A stretch of 63,754 nt of DNA, filler included, from Candidatus Omnitrophota bacterium (GTDB taxonomy: Bacteria; Omnitrophota; Gorgyraeia; JAGLLT01): the NCBI GenBank assembly GCA_023140385.1. It is 8 parts of 8 records of this genome, joined end to end, with 100 filler letters (N's around TTAATTAATTAA, not from the genome) between each part and the next. Parts side by side here need not be neighbours in the genome. Positions count along the whole stretch, not along the records: positions 53,546 to 59,615 come from JAGLLT010000018.1; positions 59,716 to 60,914 come from JAGLLT010000002.1; positions 61,015 to 62,081 come from JAGLLT010000021.1; positions 62,182 to 63,754 come from JAGLLT010000057.1; 4 more parts are not named here. One strand, written 5' to 3'. Under the pieces are notes generated by a model, which saw only the letters and a program-made list of their open reading frames with translations, searched no databases and was not told the origin of the DNA. Made by a program: the position numbers and the translations under genes. Below are positions 56,558-63,754 of the stretch, piece after piece. Within the stretch, counting starts at the first letter, position 1. The number at the start of each line of letters is the position of its first letter.

Positions 56558-57653
56558 ATGAGAGATGATTTGAAAGATAGGTTAAGCGGGATATCTAAAA
56601 GGCTTGAAGAAGCAAGGGAGTATCTTTGACTTAGACAAAAAGAAAAAAAAGATAATAGAGCTGGAAGAGACAATGGCTGACGCCAACTTCTGGAAGAACA
56701 AAGATAATTCGCAGGAGGTCTCAAAGAAGTTAAAAAATATTAAGAATACGGTTTCCGGCTGGGAGGAAATGAGGGGGGAGTGCCGTGATTTATCGGAGTT
56801 GGTTGAGATAACAGAAGACAATGATAAAGAAAGCATTAACCACCTTGAAGAAGAAATAAAAGGCTTAGAGGGCAAACTCGAAAAGCTGGAGTTTAAACGC
56901 CTTTTAGGCGGAAAGCACGACGCCAATAATGCTATTATCAGCATTCATGCCGGCGCCGGGGGGACGGAGTCCTGTGATTGGGCCGCGATGCTTCTGCGTA
57001 TGTATAGCCGCTGGGCGGAGAATAAGGGATATTCACTGCAGACGGTTGATTTACTGCCCGGTGAAGAGGCCGGTGTAAAAAGCGCTACTTTGATTGTAAA
57101 GGGTGATTACGCCTATGGTTATTTAAAAGCGGAAAAAGGAGTTCATCGCCTGGTGAGAATTTCTCCCTTTGATTCCAATAGCCGGCGTCATACATCATTT
57201 GCCTCCATTGATGTTATTCCGGAAGTTTCAGAAGACATAGAGATTGAAATAAATCCTAAAGATTTAAAAATAGATACCTACCGCTCATCAGGGGCTGGCG
57301 GCCAGCACGTAAACGTTACCGACTCAGCGGTCAGAATTACCCACCTGCCTACCAACATTGTCACCCAGTGCCAGAATGAGCGTTCTCAGCATCAAAATAA
57401 AGCGACGGCTATGAAAGTCTTAAAAGCAAAGCTTTACGAGGCGGAAAAGGAAAAGCGGGAAAAAGAATTTACTCAGCACTACGGCGGGAAGGATGAAATT
57501 GCCTGGGGTTCTCAGATACGCTCTTACGTGCTCCACCCGTATAATATGGTAAAAGACCACCGCACCAATAAAGAAACGGGCAATACTTCAGCGGTTTTAG
57601 ACGGCGGCATAGACCTTTTTATTGAAGCCTATTTAAAGAGAGCAAAGAGATGA
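56558..57653 (+). CDS. prfB: Peptide chain release factor 2, with programmed +1 frameshift
   Basis: ATG 56558 (MRDDLKDRL...REYL), then AGG GAG TAT CTT TGA C at 56615-56630; SPF and GGQ motifs in the +1 frame. Confidence 0.97.
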
Positions 57654-57750
57654 ATGGAGTTAATTGACATCTAATTATCTCTGTGTTAAAATCTTGTAAG
57701 TTAAGGAAAAGAACAAAGGGCCTTTTAAGGCAGGGAGAAAGTGGTAATTT

Positions 57751-59615
57751 ATGTTTAGTTTTATAGTGAATAAAATAATCGGAACCGCCAATGAACGCGC
57801 CGTCAAACGCATTTTGCCTGTTGTTGAGAAAATCAACAGCCTTGAAGAAGAGATCACTAAGCGAAGTGACGATGAGCTTCGGAATAAGACAGCTCAGTAT
57901 AAAAAACGCCTTCGCGAGGAGAGCGCGTCATTAAAAAGCAAGATAGCCGAAGTAAAAGATAAGATAAGGCAGGCGTCCCTTGGAGAAAGGGATGTTTTTG
58001 TGGCTGAATTAGACAGAAGTGAAAAGGAGTTATTGGCAAGGCAGGAAGCTATTTTGGATGAGATACTGCCTGAGGCCTTCGCGATTGTGAGGGAGGCCGC
58101 CAAAAGGACACTTGGCCAGCGCCACCATGACAGTCAGCTTATCGGAGGCTATGTTATTCATAAGAGTAATATTGCCGAGATGGCTAACGGTGAAGGTAAA
58201 ACCCTGGCAGCTACTCTGCCGTCTTATTTAAACGCCTTAGTCGGCGAGGGGGTCCACGTAGTGACTACCTGCGATTATCTGGCCAAGAGGGATAGCGAGT
58301 GGATGGCCCCCATATACGAATTTCTCGGCTTGACGGTTGGAGCCATTGGACATGATATGAGGCCGGATGAAAAGAAAGAGGCTTATAATCGTGAGATTAC
58401 TTACGGTACTAATAATGAGTTTGGATTTGATTATTTAAGAGATAATATGGTTAATGAGAAGGACCAAATGATGCAGAGAGGCTTCCATTTTTCCATAGTT
58501 GATGAGGTAGACAGTATTTTGGTGGATGAGGCCAGGACGCCTTTAATTATCTCGGGGCCGGCTGAGGAGTCAACAGACAAATATTACAAGATAGACAAAA
58601 TTATTCCAAGCCTGAAAGAAGGCGCCTTTGATGAAGAGACCAAGGAAGAGAGCGGTGATTATGTTATAGATGAAAAGTCGAAAAATTGCTATCTGACAGA
58701 GCAGGGTGAGATAAAAGCGGCCGGGCTTCTGGGCTTAAAGAGCCTGCATGATATTGACACAATGGAGTACAAGCACCACGTAAATCAAGCACTGCGCGCC
58801 CATAATAATTTTAAAAGAGACACTGACTATGTTGTAAAAGACGGACAAGTTTTAATCGTTGACGATTTTACCGGGCGCCTTATGCCGGGCAGGCGCTGGT
58901 CGGACGGCTTGCATCAGGCAATAGAGGCTAAGGAAGGCATGAAGATAGAGAGAGAAAATCAGACCCTGGCGACGGTAACTTTTCAGAATTATTTCAGGAT
59001 GTATAAAAAGTTGTCCGGTATGAGCGGAACGGTAGCCACCGAAGCCAACGAATTTCACCATATTTATAAGCTGGATGTTGTTTCCATTCCCACCAATAGA
59101 CCGGTTGCCAGAAAAGATTTGGCTGACGTTATCTATAAAACTGAAAGAGAGAAGTTTGAGGCTCTCTGCGATGAAGTAACTCAGAAGTATGAGGAGGGCG
59201 TTCCTGTTTTAGTCGGAACCATATCGATTGAAAAGTCAGAAATGATAAGCGCTGTTTTAAAGAAAAGAAATACACCGCATAAGGTGCTTAACGCCAAATA
59301 CCACGAAATGGAAGCCAGCATTGTTGCCCAGGCAGGTAAATATAAGGCGGTGACAATTGCCACCAATATGGCGGGCAGGGGTACCGATATAAAACTTGGC
59401 GGAAATGCTGAGTATATGGCTGATGACCTTTTAAAACAGCAGGAAGTGGAGCGGCACTCTGAGGATTACGAACGAAGAAAGGTGGAGTTTATAAAGAAAT
59501 TTGAACATGAGGTAGCTGAAGAACGGGATAAGGTTATGAAGCTTGGCGGGCTGTGTGTCTTGGGGACGGAAAGGCATGAATCAAGAAGAATAGATAATCA
59601 GTTAAGAGGCCGTGC
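57751..59615 (+). CDS. secA: Preprotein translocase ATPase SecA (partial)
   Basis: [47 protein letters not shown] and [10 protein letters not shown]. Confidence 0.96.
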
Positions 59616-59715
59616 NNNNNNNNNNNNNNNNNNNNNNNNNNNNNNNNNNNNNNNNNNNNTTAATTAATTAANNNNNNNNNNNNNNNNNNNNNNNNNNNNN
59701 NNNNNNNNNNNNNNN

Positions 59716-59871
59716 GAAAAACCCGGTAAGGTCTCCGACAAGTTTTTTGCCGGAACGCGGTTCTTCACTCACTTGTTTTACCAGAATTTCTTTGAGTTTT
59801 CGCGCTGTCTTGGGAGGCAATTTATGTAGATCTTTGAGAGCAGTTTTTGTAAGTCGAATTTCGTATGGCAT
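59716..59871 (-). CDS. RelE/YoeB-family toxin (partial)
   Basis: YEIRLTKTALKDLHKL...GKKLVGDL; coupled to a Phd/YefM gene. Confidence 0.82.
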
Positions 59872-60134
59872 TATTTTGTATTTCCAAAAACTTCATCCAA
59901 AGAAACAGTTTCTCCCTTTTTCATCTGTTTTACAGATTCAGCAATGCTTTTTCTAAAACCGGGAATCGAAAGAAGCTCTAAAGTCTCTCGAAGGCCGTCA
60001 AATTCTTCTTCTGACATTAAAACAACATCTCCGTTTTTATGATGAATGTGATATATCCGATGCTTTTTAGTCGCTCCTTTGATCATATCAAAGAATCCTT
60101 TTCGGGCATCTGTTGCAGTTAAAGTAGTCATCAA
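59871..60134 (-). CDS. Phd/YefM-family antitoxin
   Basis: TATDARKGFFDMI and VVLMSEEEFDGLRETLELLS. Confidence 0.9.
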   Translation of the reverse strand: MMTTLTATDARKGFFDMIKGATKKHRIYHIHHKNGDVVLMSEEEFDGLRETLELLSIPGFRKSIAESVKQMKKGETVSLDEVFGNTK

Positions 60135-60152
60135 TTTGCTCCTTCTAAGTAA

Positions 60153-60198
60153 TGTACCAGTTTATGTACATAGTATATATAATTTTGTTATTTGTCAA
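60153..60198 (-). promoter_or_regulatory. yefM-type promoter with paired TGTAC operator cores
   Basis: TTGACA-17-TACTAT on the minus strand; TGTACC (60153) and TGTACA (60165) are 12 bp apart. Confidence 0.65.
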
Positions 60199-60270
60199 GG
60201 AAAAAAGGACAAATACCTTTTTCTCAAAAAATAAATATTTTTCAATAACATATTATGGTATAATAAGTTT

Positions 60271-60456
60271 ATGGATAAAAAGGTATTTAAAGTAACTTCA
60301 ATTTATAACAATGATTCAGTAGAATACTGGAAAAATAAAACTTATCTTGAGCGGCTGGAATCCTTAGAACAATTACGACAAATAATGTTTGGTTATGATC
60401 CGACTACCGCAAGACTTCAAAGAACTTTTAGAGTTACTAAACTCAAAAAAAATTGA
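60271..60456 (+). CDS. Small partner protein overlapping the nucleotidyltransferase, copy 2
   Basis: Homologous to 11696-11884. Confidence 0.7.
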   Translation: MDKKVFKVTSIYNNDSVEYWKNKTYLERLESLEQLRQIMFGYDPTTARLQRTFRVTKLKKN

Positions 60457-60838
60457 GTATTTAGTAATTGGTGGATACGCTGTAGCTTTTCACGGTCATC
60501 CTCGCGCTACCGGCGATCTTGATATATGGATAGCTATATCTAAAGATAACGCGCGTAAGACCGTAGAAGCTTTAAAAGAATTTGGTTTTAATACTCCGCA
60601 GTTAAAAGATGATTTGTTTCTTGAGGAAGGCAAAAATATAAGAATGGGTAATGAGCCTTTACGCATAGAAATATTAACCTCAATAGATGGTGTTGAATTT
60701 AACGAATGTTACAAAAATAAAAGTACAGTCAATATTGATAACACAGAAATAAACTTCATATCTCTCGCAGACTTAAAGAAAAATAAAAAAGCTAGCGGAA
60801 GGCTTCAGGATCTAGCTGATATTGAAAATTTAGAATAG
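60395..60838 (+). CDS. Nucleotidyltransferase (AbiEii/MenT-like, DUF6036-type), copy 2
   Basis: GGYAVAFHGHPRATGDLD and NKKASGRLQDLADIENL. Confidence 0.8.
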   Translation: MIRLPQDFKELLELLNSKKIEYLVIGGYAVAFHGHPRATGDLDIWIAISKDNARKTVEALKEFGFNTPQLKDDLFLEEGKNIRMGNEPLRIEILTSIDGVEFNECYKNKSTVNIDNTEINFISLADLKKNKKASGRLQDLADIENLE

Positions 60839-61014
60839 TCTCTACTATCGCCGCAGTGGTGCACGCCTAACTATTATTCAACCTTTTTCATGTAAATTGT
60901 AATCACAAGTGCGANNNNNNNNNNNNNNNNNNNNNNNNNNNNNNNNNNNNNNNNNNNNTTAATTAATTAANNNNNNNNNNNNNNNNNNNNNNNNNNNNNN
61001 NNNNNNNNNNNNNN

Positions 61015-61665
61015 CCTTATGCCCTAAGAAGAAGCGCTCTGGGGCTGGTCAGGATTATTTTGGAAAAAAAGATTTCGGTGTCGTTTGACGAACTGCTTAG
61101 TAAGAGTATGTCTTTATTGAAAAGCGGGAGCAAGATTGACACCGAGGCCCTTAATGAACAAATTTTAGCTTTTCTTAAACAGCGCCTGAAACAGATTATT
61201 TCCCAAAATAAAGTTGACGCTGACCTAATAGAATCTGTGTTGTCCGCTGACTGCGATGACTTTCTTAACGCGCTTGACAGAATAACCCAGCTTGATAAAA
61301 TATCAAAATCCAAAGATTTTTTTGAATGCTCTAAGGTAATGGAGAGAACGAGCAACATCCTGAAAAAGGCGCCTGAGCTTCCCAGAGTAAACCCCAAATT
61401 ATTTAAAGAAGGGCTGGAGGAAAAACTCTGGATTATATACAGCCAGACTAAAGGCGATCTCGAAGAGTTGATTGAAAAAGGTAATTACAAGGCGGCAACG
61501 CGGCTTTATGCCGACGCTTTTTCTCAGCCGGTCCATGTTTTCTTTGATAAGGTTTTGATTAATGTTGACAATTTAAAAATAAGAAATAACCGGCTGGCAT
61601 TGATGAGCGCCATTAACGGGTTATACGGTGAAAAAGTCGCCGACTTGTCCAGGATAAAATTTTAA
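61015..61665 (+). CDS. glyS: Glycine--tRNA ligase beta subunit, C-terminal part
   Basis: PYALRRSALGLVRI, FFDKVLIN and IRNNRLALM; followed by ppdK, a common synteny. Confidence 0.88.
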   Translation, partial: PYALRRSALGLVRIILEKKISVSFDELLSKSMSLLKSGSKIDTEALNEQILAFLKQRLKQIISQNKVDADLIESVLSADCDDFLNALDRITQLDKISKSKDFFECSKVMERTSNILKKAPELPRVNPKLFKEGLEEKLWIIYSQTKGDLEELIEKGNYKAATRLYADAFSQPVHVFFDKVLINVDNLKIRNNRLALMSAINGLYGEKVADLSRIKF

Positions 61666-61699
61666 ATTTTTTTATTTTTAACCGAAAAGGAGTAAGTGG

Positions 61700-62081
61700 A
61701 TGAAAAAGTATGTGTACAGCTTTGGAGGTGGAAGGGCGGAAGGAAAAACAAAAATGAAGGAGCTTTTGGGGGGCAAGGGGGCTAATTTGGCCGAGATGAC
61801 CAATATTGGTTTGCCGGTACCTCCCGGTTTTACTATTACGACAGAAACCTGCGCGGTTTTCTATGAGTTAGGCAGGAAGTGGCCTAAGGAGCTTAGGGAG
61901 CAGATAAATAAAGGAGTTAAAAAACTTGAAAAGGATATGGGGTTGAAGTTTGGTGACCCCGGTAATCCGCTTTTGGTTTCTGTTCGTTCAGGTGCCGCGG
62001 TATCTATGCCCGGAATGATGGATACGGTGTTGAACCTGGGAATGAATCCGGATGTTATAGAAAGCCTGATTAAAAAAACGG
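61700..62081 (+). CDS. ppdK: Pyruvate, phosphate dikinase (N-terminal part)
   Basis: [22 protein letters not shown] and [25 protein letters not shown]. Confidence 0.95.
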
Positions 62082-62207
62082 NNNNNNNNNNNNNNNNNNN
62101 NNNNNNNNNNNNNNNNNNNNNNNNNTTAATTAATTAANNNNNNNNNNNNNNNNNNNNNNNNNNNNNNNNNNNNNNNNNNNNTTTTGAAATTACCGCGATT
62201 TTCATCA

Positions 62208-63146
62208 CTAACCTTTTATCTTTATTTGTTCCACAAGCATATCTTCCAGGCTGTATCTTGCGGGACTAACCGAAATAACTCTGGCTCTTTGTTCTCTTAC
62301 TATATCTATAATCCTTCCCACTTCCTTCTCATCTGAAACCTTGATTGACACTTTTGTGTTAAATAGTTCAACCGCCGTATTGGCTAATTCTTTTATTCTC
62401 AAGATGGTAGCCTCAGATAAATTTTCCGAAACAACTTCCGTATATTTATGCTTAGCCTCTATCATGCCGGGCAGCGCTCCCACACTTTTGATTTCACCGG
62501 CGACAATAATAGCCACCCTGTCGCAAAGCATCTCCAGATCAGAGATAATATGAGAACTTAAAAAAACCGCTTTACCCCTCTTTTTTAGATTAAGGATTAT
62601 CTCCCTGACAGACTTTCTTCCAATGGGATCAAGGCCGGATAAAGGCTCATCATATATTAAAACATCGGGGTCATTAAGCAAAGACTGAGCCACACCCAGT
62701 CTCTGAATCATACCTTTCGAAAGCTTCCTGCAATGAGTTTCTTTTTCCCGTTCAAGATGCACCAGCTTAAGTACCTCATCTATCTTTTCTTTAAGCCGAT
62801 TTTTTTTTAAACCAAATAACTGCCCACAAAATTTTAGGTACTCACCGGCGGTCAGGTACTCATAAAAATAAGGGTTTTCCGGAAGAAAACCCATCCCTTG
62901 CCTGGATTTCGAGGAGTAAGAGGTTTTGCCTAACAGCCTGACACAGCCGGAGGTAGGAAAAAGCAGCCCTACTATTATCTTTAAGGTTGTTGTTTTGCCG
63001 GCGCCATTAGGGCCCAGATACCCGAATATCTCGCCTTCTTTAATCTCCAATGAGATATTATTTAACGCCCGGCGCTTTTTCGCGAATAAGTCCGACCTAA
63101 AATCTTTAGTTAAATTTTTGATTTCAATTACATTCATATATCTCAC
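62208..63146 (-). CDS. ABC transporter ATP-binding protein (ABC-2 type, PilH/XapD-like)
   Basis: GPNGAGKTT, LSKGMIQR and DEPLSGLDP; the next gene starts at 62205 (MKIAVISK). Confidence 0.88.
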   Translation of the reverse strand: MRYMNVIEIKNLTKDFRSDLFAKKRRALNNISLEIKEGEIFGYLGPNGAGKTTTLKIIVGLLFPTSGCVRLLGKTSYSSKSRQGMGFLPENPYFYEYLTAGEYLKFCGQLFGLKKNRLKEKIDEVLKLVHLEREKETHCRKLSKGMIQRLGVAQSLLNDPDVLIYDEPLSGLDPIGRKSVREIILNLKKRGKAVFLSSHIISDLEMLCDRVAIIVAGEIKSVGALPGMIEAKHKYTEVVSENLSEATILRIKELANTAVELFNTKVSIKVSDEKEVGRIIDIVREQRARVISVSPARYSLEDMLVEQIKIKG

Positions 63147-63155
63147 AACTTGTTT

Positions 63156-63754
63156 TCAGGGGTTTAGCTCCGCCATCACTTCCTTTATCCTGAGTTTAAT
63201 CTTTTCACTGACTCTCTCATCATTTGAGTCCTCATAAATTTGATAAAGAAAAGTAAGCGCTGTCTCAGGCTCACCCGCTTTAGAGTAAAGACGTGCCGTC
63301 AATCCCGTCAGATAGGCCGGGCTCCCGGGTAAACTTGCCGCTTCTTTCATATAATGAGCCGCTTCCCCAAAATTTTTTAAATAAAAAAAGTTATTAAAAC
63401 TTAAATAAAAAGGAAAGCGCCAATAGTTGGGATTGCTTTTAATTGCCTTCCTAAGAAGCCGGCTGCTCAAATCGGGATCGTCAACTTCAAAGGTTAGTAT
63501 TATCGCGCCAAACTCATAAACTTCTTTGAAGTGCGGGCTTAAATCTGTCGCGGCGTCTAAAAGCTGATAAAGATAAGGATAGCTCCTGTCACTTAAATAA
63601 TGCTCACCAAAATAGTTAATGGCCTTTATATATAGAATATCCCCTATGATTTCACTAAAACCAAGCGAAAATTTATTAACATTTTTATGGTACGGCAGGT
63701 ACAATAACTCCAGTTTCGAAGGCCTATTTTCTTTAATTCTATCAATAGTATTTT
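63156..63754 (-). CDS. TPR-like protein of an ABC/pilus-associated cluster (5' end outside window)
   Basis: Frame is open to the window edge; TDLSPHF, NPNYWRFPFYL and AASLPGSP TPR-like motifs. Confidence 0.7.
   Translation of the reverse strand, partial: NTIDRIKENRPSKLELLYLPYHKNVNKFSLGFSEIIGDILYIKAINYFGEHYLSDRSYPYLYQLLDAATDLSPHFKEVYEFGAIILTFEVDDPDLSSRLLRKAIKSNPNYWRFPFYLSFNNFFYLKNFGEAAHYMKEAASLPGSPAYLTGLTARLYSKAGEPETALTFLYQIYEDSNDERVSEKIKLRIKEVMAELNP

Overview
The window is not one continuous locus. It consists of eight contigs joined by seven artificial 100-nt spacers (N-run, TTAATTAATTAA, N-run), typical of a concatenated draft genome or MAG of a Gram-negative bacterium (porin, TolC). Gene style suggests Omnitrophota/PVC, but that is only a weak inference. 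Core content: the operon yebC-ruvCAB-queH-spoIID/lytB-queA-tgt-yajC-secDF-recJ; an EF-G paralogue; the 3' end of an rrn operon (23S, 5S); two csp genes; greA; carB with a PyrR attenuator; a complete Pho locus (phoBR, porin, pstSCAB, phoU); two acyl-CoA ligases; tetR-tolC; tRNA-Arg(UCG); pyk; frameshifted prfB; and partial secA, glyS and ppdK. The most interesting signals are small-scale. (1) Two paralogous overlapping pairs of a small protein and an AbiEii/MenT-like nucleotidyltransferase share a conserved dual-coded overlap. (2) Two 31-bp att-like scars ending in a tRNA-like GGGAGCCA flank an orphan cargo gene, and each encodes a WLPxxxEFRN tail on the minus strand. (3) Five short repeat tracts of unrelated sequence all have a 7-nt period, and two of them are translated inside CarB and PstB. 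(4) A palindromic mini-element supplies the RBS of three genes. (5) An HTH-MNT/HEPN module is integrated at the 3' end of phoR with target duplication and a 46-bp perfect palindromic operator. (6) Further oddities include a duplicated Pho-box promoter, a pseudokinase-AAA-GAF-histidine kinase, a microhomology deletion in a DUF134-led arsP/arsEFG-like cluster, and chimeric or mismatched tRNA genes. All family assignments come from motif recognition; no database searches were run.
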